From the IMG/VR virus record IMGVR_UViG_3300035698_020047, positions 18,081 through 82,080 of that record: DNA of 64,000 bases; one strand, written 5' to 3'. Position 1 is the first letter of the stretch. Every line of letters begins with the position of its first letter. Shown piece by piece: positions 40,329 to 49,497 of this stretch. Position numbers and translations under genes: made by a program. A model generated the notes under the pieces. The model was not told the origin of the DNA, did not search any database, and saw only the letters and a list, made by a program, of their open reading frames with translations. This DNA is from a virus.

Positions 40329-40622
40329 ATGCCAACAGTAGAACAAGCCAATAAAATCATCAAGCAATGTGAAGATTCCATAACAATATCGCTGTCCAAG
40401 TCAGGTCGCAAAAGCAATCACGGTGCAGGCGTGGATGAAATAAAAGGTGGGCTAGTGCCGACTAGCGAGCGGAGTGACCGTTTTTGGGAACCCCTTAAGG
40501 ATTTTATCAGTCAGCATAATCTAAAATTGGCTAGGGGCGGAGGTGGGGGTTATCAATTGACTGATGGCATATTGCATATTAATGACAGTACTGGTGTCGA
40601 ATGGAAGTGCCGGGCGGAATAA
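40329..40622 (+). CDS. Hypothetical protein
   Basis: SD AGGAG, 97 aa. Confidence 0.55.
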   Translation: MPTVEQANKIIKQCEDSITISLSKSGRKSNHGAGVDEIKGGLVPTSERSDRFWEPLKDFISQHNLKLARGGGGGYQLTDGILHINDSTGVEWKCRAE

Positions 40623-40673
40623 TACGCCGGGGTTTTGTATTTGAGTTTAGCACTAATATTTAAGGAGTCAAAA

Positions 40674-41024
40674 ATGGCAAGAACAGGCGAGTCTAAACCT
40701 TTAGAAGCAGTTTTCCAAGAGTCCACCCCCCAGCTGATTGGTAATATGATGAAGGCCGTCAAAGTCGATACTGGTGGAAAGGCAGAATTTTTAGCACTGG
40801 CTAAGAAATTAGCTTCGATGAAAAGTGTCGCTAAAATTGAGAAATTGCTCTACACTTTTGTAGATGAGAGGATGGCAGTAAGAAAGGATCAATGGAAGCG
40901 AGGCGAGCTAGTACAAATGCGTGCGAGTGCTAACGGCGTTCCCATTGCGTTTGTCGCTTTTTCGGAAAAGGTAGAAAAGCGGATTGCAAAGACTGTCGAT
41001 GATCGTAATAAAGTCAGAAAATGA
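40674..41024 (+). CDS. Hypothetical protein
   Basis: SD AAGGAG before ATG 40674. Confidence 0.6.
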   Translation: MARTGESKPLEAVFQESTPQLIGNMMKAVKVDTGGKAEFLALAKKLASMKSVAKIEKLLYTFVDERMAVRKDQWKRGELVQMRASANGVPIAFVAFSEKVEKRIAKTVDDRNKVRK

Positions 41025-41422
41025 CCTGGTACAAATTATCTGAATTTGGGACTACCGTTCTCGAAGTTCTGCAAGATGATTTTGAGCTGTACGAATTCGA
41101 AGACCAGTTAATAGTATACTCCGACGGATTGCACGCTCCTATTGCGACGAAGCATATTAAGCGGTTCGTTCGAGGGCGGATGGTGGGCGGCCATTGGGTG
41201 TCAGGGCATTATAAGTCCTCTTCTAGGCAATCTACTCACTGGGTTGACTCTTATAGAAGGGGCGGCTGGTGGCGGGAAGAGCATTGGGTGGACGAGATTA
41301 GCGATACATACGTCCCGCATGTAAATTTCAGTGCCGGCGTCGGACCCGAGCCTTCTGAATTTGTTGATAAATCACAATTCGCCGAAATAATAGGCAGAAT
41401 CGTGCTTGGAACCTGCGATTGA
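41021..41422 (+). CDS. Hypothetical protein with HWV repeats
   Basis: Coupled ORF; HWVSGH, HWVDSY, HWVDE. Confidence 0.55.
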   Translation: MTWYKLSEFGTTVLEVLQDDFELYEFEDQLIVYSDGLHAPIATKHIKRFVRGRMVGGHWVSGHYKSSSRQSTHWVDSYRRGGWWREEHWVDEISDTYVPHVNFSAGVGPEPSEFVDKSQFAEIIGRIVLGTCD

Positions 41423-41548
41423 CTCACCATTTCCTAGCCGCTCTCTCGCGTAACACGTCGATGCATGACACAGAACCTGAGCTATGAGTATATCGCACTG
41501 TCAATGGATACATATGCGTTAATAAAATAGTAGATAATTGGAGCAGCT

Positions 41549-42094
41549 ATGTCAGTAGACTACCAACATAATGTAATAATCGGTTTCCGCGTCGACGGGG
41601 ATTTGCTTTTCGATGAGAACACTGGCTCTTATTGGTCTTGTGAACACGCGCAAGCACTTGTAGCCGCCGCCGCCGCCGCCGCCGCCGCCGCTAATGCTGC
41701 CTCAGCTACTACTTTCGACGCTGCATCAGGTACCTCACCTAAACACTGCCCTGAATGCGGCAACGAGGTTAAAGAATTTGAAGAAACCAACCAAGTTCTA
41801 AAGCCTGAGCTTACGGCGTTGCTTGCTGACGAAGAGGAATGGTATGATGGGGTTTGGGAGGGAGACCTAAATGGGACAGTGATTCGGTTAGTGCGATATT
41901 GGGTAAACAGCGATACGTTGTATTTTGTTGGGTTTGAAATCACTTCGGGCTGTGACCGCGACGATCTTGGCATTCAACGTGAGGATGTTCCTCAAATCCC
42001 AAGTGAATCTGATATGGCAATATTCCTGGCGAATCAAGGAATCCCGTTCGACTCTGATACATGGGGCATGTGGAAGATTGGAACAGCTTCATAG
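41549..42094 (+). CDS. Hypothetical protein with zinc ribbon and poly-Ala tract
   Basis: SD GGAG; CEH...CPECG flanking (GCC)9. Confidence 0.6.
   Translation: MSVDYQHNVIIGFRVDGDLLFDENTGSYWSCEHAQALVAAAAAAAAAANAASATTFDAASGTSPKHCPECGNEVKEFEETNQVLKPELTALLADEEEWYDGVWEGDLNGTVIRLVRYWVNSDTLYFVGFEITSGCDRDDLGIQREDVPQIPSESDMAIFLANQGIPFDSDTWGMWKIGTAS
41663..41689 (+). repeat. (GCC)9 trinucleotide microsatellite
   Basis: Nine perfect GCC units. Confidence 0.95.
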
Positions 42095-42308
42095 AATACA
42101 TGAAGGCGACATTATCTGGCTTGATATGGGTTTTGGCGCATATGACATTCGCAGGATTGGCATTGTTCTGGCCAATCGTAAATCACCCATACCAATGGTA
42201 GCGCAGTCTAAATGGGCGGAGGAGATCGCCAAGGTCAAATGGCTGGATTCGGACACTGTGGAGGAATACATGTCGGTATATCTTGTGCTTTATTGTAGAG
42301 AAGAATAA
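42078..42308 (+). CDS. Small SH3-like hypothetical protein (paralog 1), start uncertain
   Basis: Shares GDI..LD, GI, EIA.V.W, Y....L.LYCR with the next ORF. Confidence 0.5.
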   Translation: MEQLHRIHEGDIIWLDMGFGAYDIRRIGIVLANRKSPIPMVAQSKWAEEIAKVKWLDSDTVEEYMSVYLVLYCREE

Positions 42309-42571
42309 TGCTAACTAACTCCAAAACAAACAGAGCATGTGTTGGTGATATCGTCATGCTCGATCATGTAGAGCAATGCCTGGAGCGATGGCGGTCTACG
42401 AGGGGGGTTGGTATTATTGTCAGTACTAGGCTAGATTATCCTCTAAAGCGTCGGGGCAAGTTACCTGATTGGATAGACGAGATTGCTAGAGTTAGGTGGG
42501 TTTCAAGCAGCGGGGCTCATATTACTGCTGATTATAAGACTAGCAGCCTCTTGCTTTATTGTAGGGATTAG
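42308..42571 (+). CDS. Small SH3-like hypothetical protein (paralog 2)
   Basis: Similar to the preceding ORF. Confidence 0.55.
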   Translation: MLTNSKTNRACVGDIVMLDHVEQCLERWRSTRGVGIIVSTRLDYPLKRRGKLPDWIDEIARVRWVSSSGAHITADYKTSSLLLYCRD

Positions 42572-42585
42572 GTCAAAGATAGGGC

Positions 42586-43181
42586 ATGCTAGTAAGCGAT
42601 AAATTAAAAATTATATTCTCACATATCCCTAAATCAGGTGGAGGGGCGTTCAGGTCCGCTATGATAGCGGCAGGCTCAGCTAAGGTGGTTGGGAGACACC
42701 ACGACAAATTCAGTGATGAGGTTATAGAGAAGCATCCAACATACCGCCGGGTAATTATAGTTCGTAACTCATATGAAATGGCGGTGTCTAATTACAGGCA
42801 GTATCTTACGAGATGTTATGCTGATGGCACACGTGCTCCGAAGGCTGACAAGGCACATAGGAGTTATTTCAATGGGCTAAATGCCAAGCAGCAGGCTAAA
42901 CATCTGAGGGTAGCCAGCAAGAAGCACCCATTTAAAGAACACGCTGATAGGCTATGGCCTGCATTGGCTCAACAAAATACGCCGAGCGTGCTACGCATAT
43001 TTTGTATTATAACAAATTAAAAGGGGAAACACATAGCTTTGATAAGAGGCTAACCATAAAGAAGAGGGTTCATTATTATGGGAAGTACAACTGGCGTAAC
43101 TTTTATGATGATGAGACCAGAGAATTAGTAGCAGAACGCTGCGCCAAAGACATTGAAAGATTTGGCTGGAGCTTTGCATAA
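42586..43181 (+). pseudogene. Sulfotransferase family 2 protein split by a frameshift
   Basis: F.HIPK.GG and VRN.Y...VS.Y in ORF 42586-43020; Y.DETR.LVA.....DIE.FG..F in the overlapping frame 42954-43181. Confidence 0.7.
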
Positions 43182-43182
43182 T

Positions 43183-43794
43183 CTATTTATTTAGTATTAT
43201 CTTGTAGCACAGGTCGTCGCTCACCATCACTTCTGGCTTCAACATAATGCCACCAAAGGTGTAAGTTCCCACAATTTTGAAGTTGAATATTGGAACACGC
43301 CCTCTAACGATCACATACCGGCTGTGGTATACCCTGTTGACGTTTATATATAATGGCTTTTGGGTGGGCTGCGTCTTCACTTCGAGGTCTATGTTAAGGC
43401 CGGTCCAGGCTTTTGGCCAGTCTCGGCCCGCGTTGCCGCCATTGGGGCCGTAGACAGCCACCGACTCCTGCCACAGCATAAGTTCTTTGTCTGGAACGTT
43501 GAACACCATACCAACATGAAGCTCGCCCATTATGGACGATGGATGGTCAATTTCATTCCATTTATTAGCCTGACCCATGGTAGTATGGTGTATCCTGTCA
43601 TAAGTACACGCATTCAACCACAATATTGTGTATTCTAAATCTTTGTATTTAGGATGGTTATACCAATCTCGAAATCCATGGTTTAATAATGTATCAAATA
43701 AGAAACGCCTTAATTTGCCTGCAGGTAGGTTATATTTCTTTATTTCTTTAAACTTGCGCCGAGCAATAGCAAGCATTTCTGAGGTTATGACCAT
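43183..43794 (-). CDS. Hypothetical protein
   Basis: 203-aa ORF. Confidence 0.6.
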   Translation of the reverse strand: MVITSEMLAIARRKFKEIKKYNLPAGKLRRFLFDTLLNHGFRDWYNHPKYKDLEYTILWLNACTYDRIHHTTMGQANKWNEIDHPSSIMGELHVGMVFNVPDKELMLWQESVAVYGPNGGNAGRDWPKAWTGLNIDLEVKTQPTQKPLYINVNRVYHSRYVIVRGRVPIFNFKIVGTYTFGGIMLKPEVMVSDDLCYKIILNK

Positions 43795-44122
43795 GCATCA
43801 AAAATACGCGTGTAGCAGTAGGAATTGCCCAGCCTGGCGCTGTGTCGCATTGTACCTTTTAGGAGAGCTAAGCTAAATGAGATGGAAAGCTAAGAAGAGA
43901 CCACAACGTGGTGATAATCGCACCATAACCAAATTTTTATTTATCCCCCTCGATACGTCAGGAACGTGTGAGATATGGATTGTGGGCGGATAGAACATGG
44001 GCCGATGCCACTTGAACAAGGAATGATTAAAATGCTAGCTTGTCCACATTGTGTATCAACGATAATTATCGCCGTCGCTGCCTCAGGTGGCGCCATGTGG
44101 GGTGTAATTAGATCTGGGATAA

Positions 44123-44461
44123 TTGGTAGCTTCATTAGGAAACTCAGGAGGAAGCGTTGAATTGGCTACAATTCTTAAAATTGTCGGCGTCAAGGATGGT
44201 AGAATATGCGAGATGGTCGAACCATCTGAGACAGCGTGGTTTCTTATTATGCTGGACTGGGGAGGCAGTATCGATGGCGGCGCGTCATCTCGCCTGCGGC
44301 TAACTAATGGGGTTGATTTCTTCAAATTCAGGCGAGACAAATATTTCGTGAGCTTAGCGGAAGCGATGCTAGATATCTATCAGATGCATGGCATCCAATT
44401 ATGGCTTCCTGATGAGGAGGTGGGGGGAGCAAATTCCGCATTGGGAGGTAGACGAGAGTGA
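44123..44461 (+). CDS. Hypothetical protein (start uncertain)
   Basis: ORF with AGGAGG upstream of an internal near-cognate start. Confidence 0.4.
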   Translation: MVASLGNSGGSVELATILKIVGVKDGRICEMVEPSETAWFLIMLDWGGSIDGGASSRLRLTNGVDFFKFRRDKYFVSLAEAMLDIYQMHGIQLWLPDEEVGGANSALGGRRE

Positions 44462-44484
44462 AAGATACATAGTTAATAATCTTA

Positions 44485-44763
44485 TCAAAAATTATGTTGC
44501 AAGTCTGAATCTGACTGAATAAAAGGGTTTGAATAACCACTTCGATGCAATTCGCTGACCATCGCCCAGTGGCCGAAATTGTGAACATAAGTGTTCCAAG
44601 AACTGAGCGTAGGGTTGTATTTCACAGCCAATCTGCCAATAACAAATAATGCGGCAGAGTATATTTCTTCGGGGTCGTGGTACAGGGGTTCGCCAGCACA
44701 GCTCCATCTAAACCGAGTGGCTAGATCTTTCGCCGACAACAGGAAGTCAATGTCCGCATCCAT
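44485..44763 (-). CDS. Miniature sigma-70 region-2-like protein
   Basis: D.EE..S.A...I......Y.P....W.TY......AM..ELR-like. Confidence 0.45.
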   Translation of the reverse strand: MDADIDFLLSAKDLATRFRWSCAGEPLYHDPEEIYSAALFVIGRLAVKYNPTLSSWNTYVHNFGHWAMVSELHRSGYSNPFIQSDSDLQHNF

Positions 44764-44843
44764 CTTACCTTTATATTTATCGGATAATATTATTAATCCA
44801 TTTTTATCCAGAAGTGATTAACACGTTATGGGACTCGAAGTGG

Positions 44844-45152
44844 TTATGCTTCTTCGGCTTCTTCGGCTTCTTCGCGACCGTCTTCGACTGACGAATTGTG
44901 TGTGTCGTCTAGGTCCCCAAGTAGCTTCTCAAGCTCGCCGATATGGACTTCCTCTTCGCTGGCGATGTCAAGGACCATCTTTTTAACGGTGGCGTTGCTA
45001 GTTGCTTCTGCGATTTGCTCGTAAAGATTAACGGCGTCGAATTCGGCTTGGATCGCGCGGCGAATTAAGACTTTGTCTGAGTATGCTGCACTCTCAGGTA
45101 CACCAGGGGCCGCCATTTCTTCTGCGATTATTTTTGGGGTATTGTAATCCAT
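44844..45152 (-). CDS. Ferritin-like protein (encapsulated-ferritin/rubrerythrin-like)
   Basis: AI.AE.DAV.LYEQ.A, DIA.EE.VH.GE...LL. Confidence 0.8.
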   Translation of the reverse strand: MDYNTPKIIAEEMAAPGVPESAAYSDKVLIRRAIQAEFDAVNLYEQIAEATSNATVKKMVLDIASEEEVHIGELEKLLGDLDDTHNSSVEDGREEAEEAEEA

Positions 45153-45349
45153 TTCATTATTTTTGCCAGTTATAATTTCTATGCGCAGGCCAATGTCGCA
45201 CGATCTGATATGAGTGAAATGCCAAACATCCCCGAAGATCAACGAGCTGCACTTGTATTTATCGTCGAGCGACTTTTAAAGCACCCAGAGTTGATAGATG
45301 AACTCCGGGAACGTCTCGAAAGTGACGATCTGGTCGACTAAGGTGGCTC

Positions 45350-45787
45350 ATGCCAAGATGGTGTTACTTAGAGAGCGCTGAATGCACAGGCGTTGCGGCC
45401 ATTAAAGATGGTCAGCTATCGAACTGTACGGCCCCAAACAAGTCTGCTATTGTATATGTGCTGCGTACGCGGAGGCGATTATTTAACACCAATTTGATTA
45501 GCCCTGCGTTTGCAGCATATGCGATGCCAATCATTAGACAGCGGTATGCGGCTCTAACTATTAATAGTATAGTTTCGGTCCAACCGCTCAATCAACCGAC
45601 TGGTCTTGTTAAGTACCTACATACTCCATATAAGCCTGAGTTCGATGGAGATATGGTATTCGATGGCACGAAGGCATTTGAGAGACCAAAATCGGGTATT
45701 TGTTTCGTACAGCGGGCGTATTTAACAAAGGCATCTAGGCAGTTGGTGCTAGAAGCCATAAAGGAATTCACAGGCGAATTTGATTAG
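45350..45787 (+). CDS. Hypothetical protein containing a gp23 major-capsid-like segment
   Basis: 16/38 ungapped identities to the window's own MCP. Confidence 0.6.
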   Translation: MPRWCYLESAECTGVAAIKDGQLSNCTAPNKSAIVYVLRTRRRLFNTNLISPAFAAYAMPIIRQRYAALTINSIVSVQPLNQPTGLVKYLHTPYKPEFDGDMVFDGTKAFERPKSGICFVQRAYLTKASRQLVLEAIKEFTGEFD

Positions 45788-45796
45788 GAGTATGTT

Positions 45797-46075
45797 ATGG
45801 GCTGGTGGAAAATTGCAGACGTTGAGACAGGGCAGATATCGCAGGAGATGCCGTCCGGGCATCCTGGAGAAGAATGTTCGTTGGTAAATGCAATTCCAGG
45901 CCGCGATGCGGCTGAGGATTATTACAATGGCGATGGCCCCGCTGATATTATGAGCCGGGCGATTAAAGACATAATTGAGCAATACAAGGAAGCGTGGGGT
46001 AGGCCTCCATATCTCGAAGAGCTTGAGGCAGCTAATTTCACCATGAATCCCAGGCGCAAGAGCGATAAGGAATGA
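45797..46075 (+). CDS. Hypothetical protein
   Basis: SD AGGAG; MGWW start. Confidence 0.6.
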   Translation: MGWWKIADVETGQISQEMPSGHPGEECSLVNAIPGRDAAEDYYNGDGPADIMSRAIKDIIEQYKEAWGRPPYLEELEAANFTMNPRRKSDKE

Positions 46076-46407
46076 AACCGGAAGTAGTGTGCCTTGTGGC
46101 TATCCGCGATGGCTGCGTGATCAATTGCGACATCCAAAATCCTGATAGCGATGACCCGTGGTTTCTTATGTGCTTCGGCGATGGCTTCATTATAACCAAT
46201 AGTCTCAAATCCTATTACCTAGCCAACGCTGACGACGACGACAAAACAAACTATCGCCGCGCGGTTGGCAGCCTGCTTCTCGCTCAGCTAGTGATGGCGA
46301 ATTTGATAGATGGGGCTCGGTTCAAGATCGGGCTTGAACTAATACCGGACGCCGAGAGCCGAGGCTTGATAGCGAAAGCAGTTAACAAATTTGTGGATGC
46401 AGAATAA
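46072..46407 (+). CDS. Hypothetical protein
   Basis: Coupled ORF. Confidence 0.5.
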   Translation: MKPEVVCLVAIRDGCVINCDIQNPDSDDPWFLMCFGDGFIITNSLKSYYLANADDDDKTNYRRAVGSLLLAQLVMANLIDGARFKIGLELIPDAESRGLIAKAVNKFVDAE

Positions 46408-46799
46408 TGGCTACTTCAAAAGACATACTAGAAAAACTTCGAGCGGCTTCCGACGCAATCATAGAAGCCACAGGTTTTGAGGGTCATCAGGTTTGTGATG
46501 GCATGGTTGAGCCCGATGGGATGACTGTACCCAATTCTCAAAGAGATCTGACGCAGGCTGAGATGAATCAGGTTGCCCGCGATTGCTGCCCAGTTTGTAT
46601 GGGTGGTAGATTTTATGCTGGGCCGTCGGCCGGCGAATCGACGAACATATTATGCTCATCATGCGGCACTGAGATATGGTGGTCCCCTCCATTCACTGCC
46701 TACATAATGAAGAGGGACGAGAGTCGGGGGTGGGCTTATGGGGTACCCGAATTCCCCAAGTGGGGATTTGTGCGAATGCCTGCCGTGAGCGACGAGTAG
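46407..46799 (+). CDS. Zinc-ribbon hypothetical protein
   Basis: CPVC...CSSCG. Confidence 0.55.
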   Translation: MATSKDILEKLRAASDAIIEATGFEGHQVCDGMVEPDGMTVPNSQRDLTQAEMNQVARDCCPVCMGGRFYAGPSAGESTNILCSSCGTEIWWSPPFTAYIMKRDESRGWAYGVPEFPKWGFVRMPAVSDE

Positions 46800-46843
46800 C
46801 GTAAATATGATCACAAAATTCCTCTACCCCCTTAAGGATTATT

Positions 46844-47014
46844 ATGAAATATTTTATCGAATTTAAAGACAGAGGCAAGAAATCTTGGTTCCGAATTGTA
46901 CACAAGAATGGTAATATCATTACCACAAGCGAAATGTATACCCGCAAGGCAGCGAGATCTAGAGTAGCCAATAATCTGTCAAAGGCGACTGGGATTCCGG
47001 TTAAGACCGACTAA
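46844..47014 (+). CDS. YegP/DUF1508-like small protein (missed by ORF track)
   Basis: 56 aa MKYFIEFKDRGKKSWFRIVHKNGNIITTSEMYTRK...; SD AAGGA; W.....NG.II..SE.Y..K signature. Confidence 0.7.
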   Translation: MKYFIEFKDRGKKSWFRIVHKNGNIITTSEMYTRKAARSRVANNLSKATGIPVKTD

Positions 47015-47649
47015 GTAGGCCATTTGATTGCTTTGATCAATGCGGTGACCAGCTCATTCCAATTCAAAATGCGGCTATGGTCCACTTGAGCTTCGAGATC
47101 TTCAACGCTCTCGAAGGCTACCGACAGTGAGACACCAACAATTTTGCCAGGATGGTCTGAATCGTCGTCTCCTCGCTCAGCACATACGGCTTCGAGTTGC
47201 ATTTTCGGAATAACGTCCGGATTCTCTAAGCTGCCTTCAGACACAATGTAGACATTGAATGCGTCGATGAATTTATCGCCATTCTTCAATGTGCTGATTG
47301 AATCGTCTGGGGCTGATTCGCTTAGGAGTACTTTGTCCATTATTATATGGTCCATGCTCTTATATACAATGTCAAGTGCGTCGATGTGTCCTATGACGGC
47401 GTCGGCTCGCGACGTATATCGTTCCTGATACTGATCCTCTGAGCCTCCGAAGATCATCGTTTCCCATAGGACGGGCGGTCCACTGCCACCAAAGTTGTGG
47501 TTGATAGGGAGGAAAACGGTGGATACATCAACTCCATTGATATCTGTGCGTGCAACATGCCTACTGTTCTTGAAGCATTCGCCCCACAGATCTAGATCAG
47601 CCATTTCTTCTGGCTGCCCTTCAGAATTTAACATATAGCGATCGGTCAT
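47011..47649 (-). CDS. Conserved phage hypothetical protein
   Basis: VSTVFL..H.F...PP...ETMIFGG...Q.RY....A..GH motif. Confidence 0.6.
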   Translation of the reverse strand: MTDRYMLNSEGQPEEMADLDLWGECFKNSRHVARTDINGVDVSTVFLPINHNFGGSGPPVLWETMIFGGSEDQYQERYTSRADAVIGHIDALDIVYKSMDHIIMDKVLLSESAPDDSISTLKNGDKFIDAFNVYIVSEGSLENPDVIPKMQLEAVCAERGDDDSDHPGKIVGVSLSVAFESVEDLEAQVDHSRILNWNELVTALIKAIKWPT

Positions 47650-47704
47650 GACTGTCTGTTGCGCTTTGGCAGCTTTGCAGTAACTGGTTATGTATTGTAA
47701 TTTT

Positions 47705-48004
47705 ATGACAACAAAAATATTTAAGCTGGTAACGGGTGAAAACGTCATCGCCGAAGTTGTGGAGCGTTGGGAGAATGGACGCGATGGCACTTATACAATA
47801 GACAAACCTTTTGCTATAATAGTGACAAAAGAGGGCATAGGATTAATGCCGTTTGATATGTTCGGTAAGGCTCAGCCGATAGTGATTAAAGAATACCACA
47901 TCATGTTTGCGGCTGAGCCAGATCCAGAAATTCTCGCCGCTTACAAGTCTCAAACGGGTGGAATTGTTACGCCCGATTTAGGGATCCAAACAGGCGGGCT
48001 GTAG
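47705..48004 (+). CDS. Small Sm-like-fold phage protein
   Basis: KL.TGE..I..V, P.......G.GL.P, Y....GGI.TP typical of T4-like small proteins. Confidence 0.6.
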   Translation: MTTKIFKLVTGENVIAEVVERWENGRDGTYTIDKPFAIIVTKEGIGLMPFDMFGKAQPIVIKEYHIMFAAEPDPEILAAYKSQTGGIVTPDLGIQTGGL

Positions 48005-48029
48005 CCAAACATATTCATAGAGCTGCCGA

Positions 48030-48359
48030 GTGGCTTTATTAAATATGATTGGATATCCTATGTCTGACTTCTCAAAAGTGGCATCAGCACTATCGCGGCG
48101 TACGCACGATACTAACAAAGACAAATCCACAGACCTCGATATTGCGCAGGCATCTCATGCGTTGAAAGTTCTTAAAGAGATAGCGTTAGATGAGCCTGGC
48201 CTCGTTACTAGAGTTTTAAAGATACGACCTAGGCTCAAGCTTGAGCCTGATCGTAAGCTTGGCAGGCGTAAACGCAGAGCAGGTCGCATGGAACGGCAAA
48301 AAGCTTGGCTTGCGTTGCGGTTCTCTACAGCATATTCTAGATATGGGGTTAAGCACTAG
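48030..48359 (+). CDS. Hypothetical protein
   Basis: ORF, start uncertain. Confidence 0.4.
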   Translation: MALLNMIGYPMSDFSKVASALSRRTHDTNKDKSTDLDIAQASHALKVLKEIALDEPGLVTRVLKIRPRLKLEPDRKLGRRKRRAGRMERQKAWLALRFSTAYSRYGVKH

Positions 48360-48403
48360 TTCCTGCGTTGCTTGCGGCGCAGCACCTCGTTGTGAGGTGC
48401 GAA

Positions 48404-48757
48404 ATGAGCGAACTTACAGATTTTGAGGCGGCGACCATATCATACACAGACCCTGAAGTGGAACTTGTGGGTATGGTTCGTGTCAACGACGCTTGGTGCG
48501 TTAATAGCAGGATAGATTTGGCTGTGCCTGGTACTTTTGTATGGTATCTGGTTACTATAGCTAGCATAGAAAGGAATAGTTTCATAAAGGTAATTACCAA
48601 TAAGGAGTTATTTTATAAATGCACTAAGCTTACTTCCTCTTTTTCGAGTCGGAGTGGCGACATATATGGTGCCACTAGCGGGGAGACAATCCCATCATAT
48701 ATAACAGATGTGGCCATTAAGGCGATTGCGGCGTTCGATCAAGGGGCTAGTGCTTAG
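48404..48757 (+). CDS. Hypothetical protein
   Basis: SD GAGGT before ATG 48404. Confidence 0.5.
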   Translation: MSELTDFEAATISYTDPEVELVGMVRVNDAWCVNSRIDLAVPGTFVWYLVTIASIERNSFIKVITNKELFYKCTKLTSSFSSRSGDIYGATSGETIPSYITDVAIKAIAAFDQGASA

Positions 48758-49308
48758 GCGATCGAGGCGTTAAGGATAACCTGCTGGAGGGCGGCTTCAA
48801 TCGCAGCTTCCCATTCGTCTCCTGACGTCCATGCGTTGTCCACGAAGAACTGGTTGGTTGCTTCGTCTACGTGGCTTGCTCCGGCACCCGGTTGGGCCAT
48901 GTGTGTCCATGTGCCGGAAACCGGGAAGTGATCGCCGTCGTTGAAGGAAACGATGCCGCGTACGTGAAGGGCATAATCAACAATGGTTTTTAATGGGCTG
49001 GGCGCTGCTGGGTCCACAGCAGGATTCCTTACCAGAGTCGCGGTCGGGCCTGTTGCGGTTCCCAAAGCAGTTATGAAGAACCACTGCAATTCTTGGAACC
49101 AAGAAGCCGCAGCAGTAGTAACCCCAGAATCTGAGGGCGTGCCAGCTGAATTCTGTATTTGGGCGTCGGTGTTCAGGCCTTCGGCACCGTCTACAGTATA
49201 AGCACCAGCGTTGCTATCGTAGTAGCATTCTATAGTAGAGGTGCTGCCATCAGAATACGCAACATTGCCAGAAAACGCGAATACTAAATCATTAACAGTG
49301 TCGGCCAT
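48754..49308 (-). CDS. Hypothetical (possibly virion) protein
   Basis: SD GGAG; CAAAAATA-like motif upstream. Confidence 0.6.
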   Translation of the reverse strand: MADTVNDLVFAFSGNVAYSDGSTSTIECYYDSNAGAYTVDGAEGLNTDAQIQNSAGTPSDSGVTTAAASWFQELQWFFITALGTATGPTATLVRNPAVDPAAPSPLKTIVDYALHVRGIVSFNDGDHFPVSGTWTHMAQPGAGASHVDEATNQFFVDNAWTSGDEWEAAIEAALQQVILNASIA

Positions 49309-49497
49309 GATAAATCTCCATAGTGTTATTATATTTTTGCCCACATATTACTGGCCGCAACGTATTACTAATATCTCGTGCTGCGTCGTATTTCAAGAGA
49401 TCTGCGATGGGCATTTTCCCACGCCGAAACAGCGCTGGACAAACGGCGTAGCAAAGTCAGCAAAAACCTTAGCAGCATAACGAAAAAGGAGCAGCAA

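Noticed and set aside
43877-43993. 38-aa ORF MRWKAKKRPQRGDNR... with a good SD
   Set aside because: Too short, probably a gene fragment; no function can be supported
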